Assembly (NCBI GenBank): GCA_965250285.1
Contig: OZ252299.1
Coordinates: forward strand, 256,001 to 320,000
Reading direction: 5' to 3'
DNA from: Myxococcota bacterium
Lineage (GTDB): Bacteria > Myxococcota_A > UBA9160 > UBA4427
Length of the DNA stretch: 64,000 bases
Of this stretch, positions 40,375-49,876 are shown one piece after another; position 1 is the stretch's first letter, and the number at the start of each line of letters is the position of its first letter. Under the pieces are notes generated by a model. It made no database searches. It was not told where the DNA came from and worked only from the letters and a program-made list of their open reading frames with translations. A program made the translations under genes and the position numbers.

Positions 40375-41067
40375 ATGAGCGAAGATTCGCAGCGAACCGA
40401 GCCACATCCGGCCAGCCAGGGCCCCGAGGGGGCATCGTCTGGCCGTGCTGGGCGCGGGGTCCGCGTGCCTCAGCAGGCGCGCAGCCGGCGCACGCGTCGG
40501 CGCATCGTGGAAGCGGCGCTCCACGCCTTCGAGGCCGGTGGGTACGACGAGACGACGACGGCCGTGATCGCGAAGCGCGCGGGCATCGCCGTCGGCACGC
40601 TCTATGGGTACTTCGAGAACAAGCGCGACATTCTGCTCGAGGTCGTGGACGCCACGTTGGGAGAGGTGAGCGCGCTCGTCGTCGAGCAGCTCGATCCGGC
40701 GAGCTGGCGCGGCCGTGATCCCCGCGACGTCGTGCGCACCCTGATCGATACGCTCTTCCACATCCAGACGCTCCGCCCCGGAACGCAGCGTGTGATCTAC
40801 GAGCGCTACTTCAAGGACGACGCGTTTCGCGATCTCGTCGAGGCGCGCCAGCAACCGGTGCGGGCCGCGATCGTGCGCTTTCTCGAGAGCGTCGGCCCCG
40901 AGTACCGTCCTCGCGCGCTCGACCGCGAAGCGGCCGCCATCGCGATCTACAACACGGTGCAATGGAACGCGACGCAGGCGATCATCGGCTCGAGCGACGA
41001 TCCGGCGGCGATCGACGCCGCGGCCCGCGAGGCCGCGGATCTGATCGAGCGATACGTGTTCGAGTAG
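40375..41067 (+). CDS. TetR/AcrR family transcriptional regulator
   Basis: PQQARSRRT, IAKRAGIAVGTLYGYFENK. Confidence 0.92.
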   Translation: MSEDSQRTEPHPASQGPEGASSGRAGRGVRVPQQARSRRTRRRIVEAALHAFEAGGYDETTTAVIAKRAGIAVGTLYGYFENKRDILLEVVDATLGEVSALVVEQLDPASWRGRDPRDVVRTLIDTLFHIQTLRPGTQRVIYERYFKDDAFRDLVEARQQPVRAAIVRFLESVGPEYRPRALDREAAAIAIYNTVQWNATQAIIGSSDDPAAIDAAAREAADLIERYVFE

Positions 41068-41120
41068 CCCGCCGCTTCGGCGCTCCTTCACGCGATGCAT
41101 GCAGAGAAGGAGAGGGCCCC

Positions 41121-41342
41121 ATGCGAAGAGCGATCGGATTCGTCGTGGTCGTGCTGATGGCGGCGTCGACGGGATGCGCCACCCAGAGCCACCGCGCCAC
41201 GAACGTCGGCGGCAGCGAGGACTCGACCTGGGTCTTCATCGAGCAGGGCAGCGAAGGTCGCAGTGGCATCTATCGCTGCGTCGACAGCGTCGATGAGGGT
41301 GTCGTCTGCAAGCGCGCGAAGCACCTCGACTCGGCTCCCTGA
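41121..41342 (+). CDS. Small predicted lipoprotein (73 aa)
   Basis: SD AAGGAG; MRRAIGFVVVVLMAASTG-C lipobox-like signal; two further Cys. Confidence 0.7.
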   Translation: MRRAIGFVVVVLMAASTGCATQSHRATNVGGSEDSTWVFIEQGSEGRSGIYRCVDSVDEGVVCKRAKHLDSAP

Positions 41343-41383
41343 CCCGCACGTGGATCGGCGGTGGCTTCGAAGTCTGCCCGGGT

Positions 41384-41857
41384 TCACCCATCGCTCGAGA
41401 AAGTGTCGATGATGGCCGCGAGGCCGCGCTTGAGCGTCTCGCGTTCGCGCTTCGAGAGCTGTCCATCGAGATCGTCCTCGAGGCTCGCGAGGACGCCGAG
41501 GCCGTGGGTCATGGCGCGGCGCCCCTTCGCCGTGAACGTGACCAGGCGCGCCCGCGCATCTTCGGGATCGGGGCGGCGCGTGACGATCCCTTCGGCTTCG
41601 AGCTCGGTCACGGTCTGACCCACGGCCTGCTTCGTCGCGCCCACCCTCGCGGCCAGATCGGTGATCCGCGTGCCTTCCCAGTCGATGTGGGGGAACAGCC
41701 GGGCGTGGGCGGGCCTCAGCTCGCCCCGCCCGGTGTCGGCGACGCGCTGGCGGGCCGTCTGATCGTAGAGCCGAGCTGCCTTCAGCAGCAGCTGCCCGAG
41801 GTTGCCTTGCTTGGCGGCTTCGACGGACGCCTTCGAACCGGCCGGAGCTCGGGCCAC
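41384..41857 (-). CDS. MarR family transcriptional regulator
   Basis: GTRITDLAARVGATKQAVGQTVTELE...PDPEDARARLV..T.KG; start approximate. Confidence 0.9.
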   Translation of the reverse strand: MARAPAGSKASVEAAKQGNLGQLLLKAARLYDQTARQRVADTGRGELRPAHARLFPHIDWEGTRITDLAARVGATKQAVGQTVTELEAEGIVTRRPDPEDARARLVTFTAKGRRAMTHGLGVLASLEDDLDGQLSKRERETLKRGLAAIIDTFSSDG

Positions 41858-41907
41858 GTCCACCCCCTCGTTCGCACACCACGGGTTGGCGGTGCTGCCT
41901 CCAGATG

Positions 41908-41922
41908 GTAAAGTATCTTTAC
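41908..41922. promoter_or_regulatory. Palindromic candidate MarR operator
   Basis: AT-rich GTAAAG-TAT-CTTTAC between the divergent MarR and DUF4336 genes. Confidence 0.7.
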
Positions 41923-41969
41923 TAAATGCACCAGGCGGCTTCGAGCGAAGCCGCGGTTGGGAGGCCGCG

Positions 41970-42680
41970 ATGTCCGCAAGGGAGAACGACCGCATCCGAT
42001 CGCTCGACGACGGGCTCTGGGTGATCGACCACGACTTCAGCGTCGGCGGGCTCGCCCTGGGCACGCGCACGACGATCATCCGGCTGGCCGACGGGGGGCT
42101 GTGGGTGCACTCGCCCGGGCCGCTCTCGAGCGCGTTGGCCGACGCAGTTCACGCCCTGGGTGACGTGACGTGTCTCGTCGCGCCGAACCTCATGCACCAT
42201 CTCTTCCTCGGCGACTGGATCGAAGCGTTCCCGGCGGCCCGCACCTTTGCCGTCGCCGGGCTCGAGCAGAAGCGGCGCGACCTGCGCCTCGATGAGACTC
42301 TGGGCTCCGAGCCGCCCGCGGCATGGAAGGGGCAGATCGAGCAGCTCTGTACGCGAGGTGTGCCGAAGCTCGATGAGGTCGATTTCTTCCACCCCGACAC
42401 TCGCACGCTCGTGCTGACCGATCTCTGCTTCAACGTACAGTCGAGTGACTCGTGGCTCACGCGCGTGGGGCTGCGCATCAACGCGGCCTGGCAGCGCTTT
42501 ACCCCGAGTCGGCTGTTCAAGTCGTTCATCAAGGATCGTGAGGCGCTGCGCTCGAGCGTCGAGCAGATCCTCGAATGGGATCTCGATCGCGTCGTATTGG
42601 CCCACGGTGACGTGCTCGAGCAGGGCGGCCGGCCGGCCCTCGCCGAGGCATACGGCTTTCTGGGGGTCTCGGCCCGCTAG
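41970..42680 (+). CDS. DUF4336 domain-containing protein
   Basis: RTTIIRL..GGLWVHSP, APNLMHHLF, FFH....TLVLTD, LAHGD. Confidence 0.85.
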   Translation: MSARENDRIRSLDDGLWVIDHDFSVGGLALGTRTTIIRLADGGLWVHSPGPLSSALADAVHALGDVTCLVAPNLMHHLFLGDWIEAFPAARTFAVAGLEQKRRDLRLDETLGSEPPAAWKGQIEQLCTRGVPKLDEVDFFHPDTRTLVLTDLCFNVQSSDSWLTRVGLRINAAWQRFTPSRLFKSFIKDREALRSSVEQILEWDLDRVVLAHGDVLEQGGRPALAEAYGFLGVSAR

Positions 42681-42937
42681 GGACCTTTGCCCAGTCCGCG
42701 GTGCCAGGGCCGGGGCAGGCGGGGGCACCGTGCTCAGACATTCTCGGCGCGATCTAGCTGGGAAGCTCGTTCGTTGCGCACGTCGCGCCTGCGAACTGCG
42801 CGCGGTCCCCCCGCCTGCCCCGGCCTCGGGACGCTTCCGTCACAGCGCAGCGCTCGCTTCGGGTGGCGTCGGCTTGGGTCGCATCGTGGCGAGAAGCGTT
42901 CGCGGCGCGTGCGTGGCGCGCGTTCTGCGGAGGCTCC
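42681..42937 (+). mobile_element. MITE-like structured repeat, copy A
   Basis: Near-identical (inverted) to 53262-53490; imperfect TIRs; CTAG/CCAG flanks; long internal inverted repeat. Confidence 0.7.
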
Positions 42938-43076
42938 CCAGGCGGCGCGCTCGCGTATCCCATCCTCGCCGATTCGTGCGGCTCTCGGGCCGTTTCGGTG
43001 CAGCCGCTTGCGCCCGCGCGATGACGAACGAAGCTATGCCTCTGGCCGCGCGCGGGTTGCGGCTTCGGAGGCATCG

Positions 43077-43478
43077 ATGTCCAGCGTCTCGAACGAATCT
43101 GCGCTCGCGGCGCTCGGCGACACGCCCTACGTGAGCCTCGCCACCTGGCGCAAGAATGGCAAGGAAGTGCGCACCGCGGTGTGGGTCGCGCGCGCCGGCT
43201 CACGGCTCTACGTGTTCACCGAGGGCACGGCCGGGAAGGTGAAGCGCCTGCGCAACTCCCCCAGATCGGCGGTCGCGCCGTGCGATGTGCGCGGCAAGCT
43301 GAAGGGCGACTTCGTCGCGGCGCAGACGGTCGTCGTCGAGGATCCGACGGTCGTCGCCCGAGCCTACGAAGCGTTCCGGGCGAAGTATGGCTGGCAGGTT
43401 CGGCTGACCGACTTCATGTCGAAGCTGAGCGGTCGCTACGACAAGCGGGCGATGCTCGAGATCGAGCTCGTCGATTGA
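43077..43478 (+). CDS. PPOX class F420-dependent oxidoreductase
   Basis: YVSLATWRKNG..V.TAVW, GKVKRLRN.P...VAPCD.RG, KYGW. Confidence 0.9.
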   Translation: MSSVSNESALAALGDTPYVSLATWRKNGKEVRTAVWVARAGSRLYVFTEGTAGKVKRLRNSPRSAVAPCDVRGKLKGDFVAAQTVVVEDPTVVARAYEAFRAKYGWQVRLTDFMSKLSGRYDKRAMLEIELVD

Positions 43479-43568
43479 TGGAAGTGATGTTCGAACCGGG
43501 CCGGGTTCGCCCCGGCTGAGCCTTCGAGCACAGAGCGAGCAAGGGTTGAACACAGAGAAGGGAACGAG

Positions 43569-44330
43569 ATGGGGATCTTCGACCTGACGGGTCGCAAGGC
43601 CGTCGTGACCGGCGGCAACGGAGGCATCGGGCTCGGGATCGCGAAGGGGCTGGCCGAGGCCGGCGCCGACATCGCGATCTGGGCGCGCAACCCCGAGAAG
43701 AGCGCGGCGGCCCAGGCCGAGATCGAGGCGCTCGGGCGTCAGTGCATCGCAGTGCAGTGCGACGTCGCCTCCGAGGAGCAGACCGCCGCCGCACTGACTC
43801 AGACGCTCGAGGCCCTGGGGCGCGTCGACATCGGCGTGGCGAACGCCGGCTTCGGTGCGCCCGGAGATCCGCTGCGCACCACACTCGATCGCTGGCGGAA
43901 GGTCACGAGCGTCGATCTCGACGGTTGCTTCCTCACGATGCGCGACATCGCGAACCACATGGTCGAACGCGGCGGCGGCGGCAAGCTGATGGCGATCTCA
44001 TCGATCACCGAGTCGATGGGGGCCCCCAACCAGGGGCACTACGCCGCGTCGAAGGCGGGCGTCAGTGCGCTCGTGCGCTCGATGGCCGTCCGGCTCGGGC
44101 GCTACGACATCCAGGTGAATTCGATCCTGCCCGGCTGGATCCTCACCGACGCGCTCGCACCCATCGAGGCGTACGCGCCGCTCAAGGACGCGGTGCTCAA
44201 GCGATCCCCGAATCGGCGCCTCGGTACGCCCGAAGATCTCGCGGGCGTGGCCGTGTATCTGGCGAGCGACGCCTCGAACTTCCACACCGGCGACAGCATT
44301 CGCGTCGATGGGGGCTATTCGATCTACTGA
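43569..44330 (+). CDS. SDR oxidoreductase (KduD/gluconate dehydrogenase-like)
   Basis: TGGNGGIG, YAASKAG, NSILPGWI.T, VDGGYS. Confidence 0.9.
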   Translation: MGIFDLTGRKAVVTGGNGGIGLGIAKGLAEAGADIAIWARNPEKSAAAQAEIEALGRQCIAVQCDVASEEQTAAALTQTLEALGRVDIGVANAGFGAPGDPLRTTLDRWRKVTSVDLDGCFLTMRDIANHMVERGGGGKLMAISSITESMGAPNQGHYAASKAGVSALVRSMAVRLGRYDIQVNSILPGWILTDALAPIEAYAPLKDAVLKRSPNRRLGTPEDLAGVAVYLASDASNFHTGDSIRVDGGYSIY

Positions 44331-44344
44331 GCGCCGAGCGTCGA

Positions 44345-44749
44345 TCAGCCGTCGTCCGGCCAGCTCGTTGTATCGGTTGGCAGATCGAACCAGGCCTGTC
44401 GTGCCGCGGTCCAGAAGTGCCCGCTGGGGCGCAGCTCGGAGCGGTCGTCGAGGGTGCCGGCCTTCACGCTCAGCTCGTCGTCGCGCGTGTCGTGATGAAT
44501 GCGCACGCCACACTCGGGGCAGAACGAGCAGATCTTCTTTCGCCCACTGTCACAGTCGACCACGAACGACTTGAGCTCGCCGTGCACCAGCGAGAAGGCC
44601 GAGGTCGGCACGGCGAGGCTCATGCCGAACGCGCTGGCCGACTGCCGCTGGCAGCCGTTGCAGTGGCAGACCGAGAGGCTGATCGGCTCGCCTTCGATCG
44701 CGTAGCGCACGTACCCGCATTGGCAGCCGCCTTCGAGCGTCGGTGCCAT
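44345..44749 (-). CDS. GFA family protein
   Basis: GGCQCG, CHCNGCQR, FCPECG. Confidence 0.92.
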   Translation of the reverse strand: MAPTLEGGCQCGYVRYAIEGEPISLSVCHCNGCQRQSASAFGMSLAVPTSAFSLVHGELKSFVVDCDSGRKKICSFCPECGVRIHHDTRDDELSVKAGTLDDRSELRPSGHFWTAARQAWFDLPTDTTSWPDDG

Positions 44750-44773
44750 CTTGATGCCTCCTCGTGAGCGGGG

Positions 44774-47182
44774 TCAGGCTGCGTTCGCCGATTCGTCTTC
44801 GATGTGGCGCACGATCCCGTGATCGCCGTCGAGCTCGACGAGGTCGCCGGTGGCGAATACGTCGGTCGCGAAGCGCGTGTTGACGACGGCCGGCAGACCG
44901 TACTCGCGGGCGACCACCGCGCCGTGCGACACCGCGCTCCCGACGTCGGTGACGAGCCCCGCGATCAAGCTGAAGTAGGGCGTCCAGCCGACGTCCGTGA
45001 TCGGCGCGATCAGGATCTCACCCGGCTCGAGCGCTTCGGCTTCGGCCAGATCGCGCACCACGCGCACGCGGCCGATGACCCGACCGCGGCTGACCGGCGC
45101 GCCCGTCACGCTCCGCACGCCGCTCTGGAGCTCGGGCACCTCGGGCTGGGGGACGCCGACGAATACGTCGGGGAAGCGCAGCTGCGACTGAAGCCCGTGG
45201 GCCTCTCGCCGGACGACCGCACGCTCGGCGAGCGCCGTGTCGCCACCGATGCACTGACCGAGCTCGGCGTGGGTCAGGAAGAAGACGGCGTCGGCGTCGG
45301 GGAGCAGGCTCTCGGCGGTCATCAAGGCGCCCAGCTGGCGGTAGCCGCCCTTGAACGCCGCCGCGACCGCGACGAGCCCCGACTTGGTCTCTTCGCGCGC
45401 CCGCACGGCCTCGCGCGCGCGCGCCGTCAGCCAGCGAACGAAGCGACCCTCGGGCAGCTCGGACGCGGGCGCGGCGGCGCGGTGGGGCGAGCCGCCGCTG
45501 TCGCGCAGCCCGCGCAGCGCGACCTGCAGTGATCGGACGAGCGGCGTCGGGTCGTGGCGCCACTCGGCCTGTCGCAGCTCGAGCTCCTTGATCGCCCGGT
45601 GGCCGTGGCGATCGAGGTAGGCACCGAACGCATCGTGCGCGTCGCCCGAGGCCCGGTCGCGCAGCCACGCGAGCGCGGCGTCGACGTCGGCGTCGATGAA
45701 GCGGTCGTCGGCCTCCGGGCTTCGAAGGATCGCCTGCTCGACGCGCTCGGCCCCGGCGACGATGTCGGCGCTCTCGACGCCTTCGGCGCCTGCGAGCAGC
45801 GCGGCGGCCTGGGCCTGGTGCTCGTCGCCCGGCGTCTGGCCCCCTGCGAGCACGCCGATCAGCGTCGGTGTGAGCACGCCGGAGCTCGCCGATGAGATGA
45901 GGTGCCAGTGCATCGCCCACGCATTCAGCTCGAGCTTCGTGTCGAGATCACGCCACGCTTCGGCGGCGGTGTCGAAAGTCGGAAACTCGATCTCGCGGGC
46001 GAGCCGGGCGATCTCGCGCCGTGCCTTGCGGCGGCTGAAGAGATAGCGGCCGTAGCGCGCCGCGTTCACGAAGCGGCGGTGCAGCGGCGGCGCCGGCGGC
46101 TCCTTCATCGCGATCTCGGTCAGCGGCCGGCCGCAGATCGAGAGTGCGAGATCTTCGGTGCTCGAGCCGAGCGCGCCCCCCGACGTCTCGGCCATGGCCG
46201 ACATGTTGAGGAACAAGTGGCCCGAGTGCATGCCGACGAAGCGCATGTGAGGCGTCATCGCAGGGATCAGGCCGATCGTGCGCTGCATCATCTGCATGCC
46301 GCGATCGATTCCCCAGGCGGTGAACGAGTAGGAAAGCGGCGTGCACGCGCCCGGGAACATCTCGCCGATGTTGCAGCGCGTGTACACGTCGTCCCGGGCG
46401 AAGATCGGCGTGTCGAGCTCGTGCAGATCGGGCCCCAGCGTGGTGATCGGGCGCGCCTGCAACCAGTGGACGAGGCCGTCGGCGTCGATCGCCCACTCCA
46501 TGTCGAGGGGGTCGCCGAGCGCGCGCTCCGCGTAGAGCGCTTCTTCGACGAGTCGGTCGCGCTCGGTCGGCGAGAGTACGGGCGCGCTGCCCGCGAGCGT
46601 CTCTTCGACGATGCAGCCGGCGCGGTCGACGAGCAGGTGATCAGGTGAGGAGTGGCCACTGACCAGCGCCTCGCCCAGGCCCGCGACCGCATCGATCACG
46701 ACGTGCGCGCGTCGGTCGCTCACTGGATCGGCGGTGAAGAGGACCCCGGCGGCCCGGGCGGCGACCATCCGCTGCACCACGACGCACATGCGCGGCGCGC
46801 CCTCGCTGGCTGCGTCGGCGCCCTGGGCCTGCTGGTATGCGGCGGCGCGTGCGCTGTCGAGCGATTGGAGGCAGAGCTCGATCGCTTCGGCAACGGCCTG
46901 CTCGCCCTGCACGTCGAGTACGGTCTCGTACTGGCCTGCAAAGCTCGATTCGGCGCCGTCTTCGCCGAGGGCCGAGGACCGCACGGCCACCGGCCCGTCG
47001 CCGAGGTGGCGGAGCGCTTCGCTGAGACCCGCAGGCAGCGCGCCTGGACGCGCGTCGACGATCACGAAGCCCGGGGGCACGCGCAGGCCGGCCCGGATCA
47101 GGCGGCCGAGGCCCTCGGCCTTGCCGCCGACGGCTTCGTCGCGGATCTCTTCCAGACGCAGGATGCGAGGTTCGGGGGGGAT
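44774..47182 (-). CDS. PEP-utilising enzyme (ATP-grasp / substrate-binding / swivel-His; rifampin phosphotransferase-like architecture); apparent ATC start
   Basis: VGGKA, VPPGF, AVRSSA.GED....SFAGQY, DMEWA, LQARPIT, SHGAVVAREYG; SD GGAG 6 nt before ATC at 47182. Confidence 0.85.
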   Translation of the reverse strand: MPPEPRILRLEEIRDEAVGGKAEGLGRLIRAGLRVPPGFVIVDARPGALPAGLSEALRHLGDGPVAVRSSALGEDGAESSFAGQYETVLDVQGEQAVAEAIELCLQSLDSARAAAYQQAQGADAASEGAPRMCVVVQRMVAARAAGVLFTADPVSDRRAHVVIDAVAGLGEALVSGHSSPDHLLVDRAGCIVEETLAGSAPVLSPTERDRLVEEALYAERALGDPLDMEWAIDADGLVHWLQARPITTLGPDLHELDTPIFARDDVYTRCNIGEMFPGACTPLSYSFTAWGIDRGMQMMQRTIGLIPAMTPHMRFVGMHSGHLFLNMSAMAETSGGALGSSTEDLALSICGRPLTEIAMKEPPAPPLHRRFVNAARYGRYLFSRRKARREIARLAREIEFPTFDTAAEAWRDLDTKLELNAWAMHWHLISSASSGVLTPTLIGVLAGGQTPGDEHQAQAAALLAGAEGVESADIVAGAERVEQAILRSPEADDRFIDADVDAALAWLRDRASGDAHDAFGAYLDRHGHRAIKELELRQAEWRHDPTPLVRSLQVALRGLRDSGGSPHRAAAPASELPEGRFVRWLTARAREAVRAREETKSGLVAVAAAFKGGYRQLGALMTAESLLPDADAVFFLTHAELGQCIGGDTALAERAVVRREAHGLQSQLRFPDVFVGVPQPEVPELQSGVRSVTGAPVSRGRVIGRVRVVRDLAEAEALEPGEILIAPITDVGWTPYFSLIAGLVTDVGSAVSHGAVVAREYGLPAVVNTRFATDVFATGDLVELDGDHGIVRHIEDESANAA

Positions 47183-47347
47183 GGCGGACTCCGGTTCGGG
47201 CCCCTTGAATGCCTCAGATCCGATGCCGCCACAAGCGCTGCGAATGCCGCCCGTCGTCGATCTTCACGGGCCCTCTATGGCCGCCCCCCGAACCCGGTAG
47301 GATCGACACCCGAGTTGCGCACGGCGCAGGTCGCTCAGGGAGTCGCT

Positions 47348-48127
47348 ATGTCGGCCTACGGGCTACTCGAAGGCAAGGTCGCGCTGGTCACCGGCGGCGG
47401 GAGCGGGATCGGCCGCTCGACCGTGCAGGTCCTCGCCCGCGATGGCGCGCAGGTTGCGCTCTGCGACGTCGACGCGGAGGGCGGGCACGAGACGGTGGCG
47501 CACGTCGAAGCCGAGGGCGGCGAAGCGCTCTTCGTCGAGGCGAGCGTCGCATCGGCGGACGACATGCAGCGCTTCGTCGACGCGACGGTGTCGCGCTTCG
47601 GCGCGCTTCACTGCGCCGTCAACAACGCCGCGGCCGGCGCCGGGTTCCGGCTGCTCGAAGACATCCCCGAGGCGAGTTGGGATCGCGTGATGGACGTGAA
47701 CCTCAAGGGGGTCCACCACTGCATGAAGGCGCAGATCCCGGCGATCCTCGAAGCCGGCGGCGGTTCGATCGTCAACGTCGCTTCGGTCTCGGGCATGCGC
47801 GGCGAGGCGAGCCAGGCGGCGTACAGCGCCTCGAAGGGGGGGCTGCTCGCGTTGACGAAGACGGCCGCCGCCGAGCTCGGGCAGCGGGGCGTGCGGGTCA
47901 ACGCGGTTTGCCCGGGCGGGATTCGCACGCCTTCGATCGCCGGCTACTTCGAGCGGGTCCCCGAAGTCGAGGCAGCGACGGTCGCGACGCACGCGATGCG
48001 GCGCCTCGGTGAGCCCGAAGAGATCGCCGACGCCATCGCATGGCTGTGCTCCGAGCGGTCTTCATTCGTCACCGGACACGCGCTCGTCGTCGATGGCGGG
48101 ATCCTCGTGAATCCCCACTCGATGTGA
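47348..48127 (+). CDS. SDR oxidoreductase
   Basis: TGGGSGIG, NNA, YSASKGG, NAVCPG, VDGG; SD GGGAG. Confidence 0.92.
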   Translation: MSAYGLLEGKVALVTGGGSGIGRSTVQVLARDGAQVALCDVDAEGGHETVAHVEAEGGEALFVEASVASADDMQRFVDATVSRFGALHCAVNNAAAGAGFRLLEDIPEASWDRVMDVNLKGVHHCMKAQIPAILEAGGGSIVNVASVSGMRGEASQAAYSASKGGLLALTKTAAAELGQRGVRVNAVCPGGIRTPSIAGYFERVPEVEAATVATHAMRRLGEPEEIADAIAWLCSERSSFVTGHALVVDGGILVNPHSM

Positions 48128-48144
48128 CCCTTGCGCCGAGGGCG

Positions 48145-48687
48145 CTAGGTCTCGGGGCTGCACACGAACATCGGGATGTTGCGGTCGGTGCGCGCCTGAT
48201 AATCCTCGAAGTCGGGGTAGATCGTGAGGATGTGCGGCCAAAGCGCCTTCTTCTCCGCGTCGTCGACCTGCCGCGCGATCATCCGGCGCTTGCGCGCGCC
48301 GTCCTGGATCTCGACCTGCGGGTGCTTCTTGAGATTCCAATACCAGATCGGATGCTTCTCCATGCCGCCTTGGGAAGCGACGATGATGACGTCGTCGCCG
48401 TGGGGCAGGTAGATCAGCGGAATCGTCCGCTTCCGGCCGCTCTTCGCGCCGGTCATGGTCACGAGACAGACCGGCGCGCCACCGGGGAACGTGCCCCACA
48501 CCTTGCCGTTGGTCGCCTCGTATACGAAGACGTTCGCCTTCGACATGAACCGCATGATGGGCTTCACCCATTTCATCGAGCTCTCGGGGATCGGCTTCAC
48601 GTCGCCGCGCGCGCGGGCGACCGCGCCGGGGTCGGGCAGGTCGGCGCTGGCGGTCGAAGTTTCAGTCGGCGGGGTCGCATCGCTCAT
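48145..48687 (-). CDS. Deazaflavin (F420)-dependent nitroreductase family (Ddn-like)
   Basis: [17 protein letters not shown]...[17 protein letters not shown]. Confidence 0.9.
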   Translation of the reverse strand: MSDATPPTETSTASADLPDPGAVARARGDVKPIPESSMKWVKPIMRFMSKANVFVYEATNGKVWGTFPGGAPVCLVTMTGAKSGRKRTIPLIYLPHGDDVIIVASQGGMEKHPIWYWNLKKHPQVEIQDGARKRRMIARQVDDAEKKALWPHILTIYPDFEDYQARTDRNIPMFVCSPET

Positions 48688-48866
48688 GGGGGCTCCGATC
48701 GATCGGGTGGGCTGCGCCTCCCCGGTATAGCGAAGCCGAGCGCGCGCGTGCCTCGACATGCTGCGCCCGCACGCCGAGAGCCGTCGAGCGTCGCTGCTAC
48801 CTTCGCTGTCGAGGCGCCGCGCGGCGCAGGGGCCGACGCGGCGGCCGACCACGAGAGGGCACCGAC

Positions 48867-49811
48867 ATGGGCGCGCATGCACACGCATCCCAGGTCGACG
48901 CGGTCCGCGCCTACCTGACCGACCTGCAAGATCGAATCTGCGCCGGCATCGAAGCGGCCGATGGAGAGGCGACGTTTCGCCGCGACGAGATCGAGCGGCC
49001 GGGCGGCGGTGTCTCGCGGCCGCGCGTGCTCGAAGGTGGACCGAACGTCGAGAAGGCCGCCGTCAACTTCACGCATACGACCGGCAACCAGATGCCCCCC
49101 GCGGCCACCGATCGCAGGCCCGATCTTGCGGGCGGGTCGTATCAGGCGGTGTCGGTGTCGCTGATCGTGCACCCACGCAACCCCTACGCCCCCACGTCGC
49201 ATGCGAACTTCCGTCTCTTTCACGCGACGCCGCCCGATCGCGCTGCGTCGAGCGAGCCCGTCTGGTGGTTCGGGGGCGGCTTCGACCTCACGCCCTACTA
49301 CGGCTTCGAAGAGGATGCGGTGGCCTGGCACCGCACCGCGCGCGACGCCTGCGCGGCGTTCGGCAGCGACCTCTACGCGCGCTTCAAGAAGGAGTGCGAC
49401 GACTACTTCCAGCTGCCCCATCGTGGGGAGCCCCGCGGCGTCGGCGGCGTGTTCTTCGACGACTTCACGGGCGAGGGCTTCGACCACGCCTTCGGCTTCG
49501 TACGCAGCGTCGGTGATGCCTACCTCGAGGCCTATCTGCCGATCCTCGAGAAGCGCAAGGGGACGCCCTTCGGCGACCGCGAGCGAGAGTTCCAGCTCTA
49601 TCGGCGGGGGCGCTACGTCGAGTTCAACCTGCTCTACGATCGAGGCACCAAGTTCGGTCTGCAGGCGGCGACGCGAACCGAGAGCGTGCTCGCGTCGATG
49701 CCGCCGATGGTGACGTGGCGATACGATTGGCACCCCGAGCCGGGATCGCCCGAGGAGCGCCTCTACACCGACTTCCTGCGTCCGCGTGAGTGGGCGGATC
49801 ACGACGGTTGA
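48867..49811 (+). CDS. hemF: Oxygen-dependent coproporphyrinogen III oxidase
   Basis: [57 protein letters not shown]. Confidence 0.97.
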   Translation: MGAHAHASQVDAVRAYLTDLQDRICAGIEAADGEATFRRDEIERPGGGVSRPRVLEGGPNVEKAAVNFTHTTGNQMPPAATDRRPDLAGGSYQAVSVSLIVHPRNPYAPTSHANFRLFHATPPDRAASSEPVWWFGGGFDLTPYYGFEEDAVAWHRTARDACAAFGSDLYARFKKECDDYFQLPHRGEPRGVGGVFFDDFTGEGFDHAFGFVRSVGDAYLEAYLPILEKRKGTPFGDREREFQLYRRGRYVEFNLLYDRGTKFGLQAATRTESVLASMPPMVTWRYDWHPEPGSPEERLYTDFLRPREWADHDG

Positions 49812-49828
49812 ACCGACTGCAACCGGAA

Positions 49829-49860
49829 CGAGAGCAACCAACGACGAGAGCAACCAACGA
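49829..49860. repeat. Perfect 16-bp direct tandem repeat (2 copies)
   Basis: cgagagcaaccaacga x2, immediately before the SD of the selenoprotein gene. Confidence 0.75.
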
Positions 49861-49876
49861 TAGGAGGCTGCGCCCG

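Noticed and set aside
44774..47182. Calling the gene rifampin phosphotransferase (resistance) or PEP synthase
   Set aside because: The architecture is shared by many small-molecule dikinases/ligases; no C-terminal pyruvate-binding barrel, and the substrate cannot be read from the sequence
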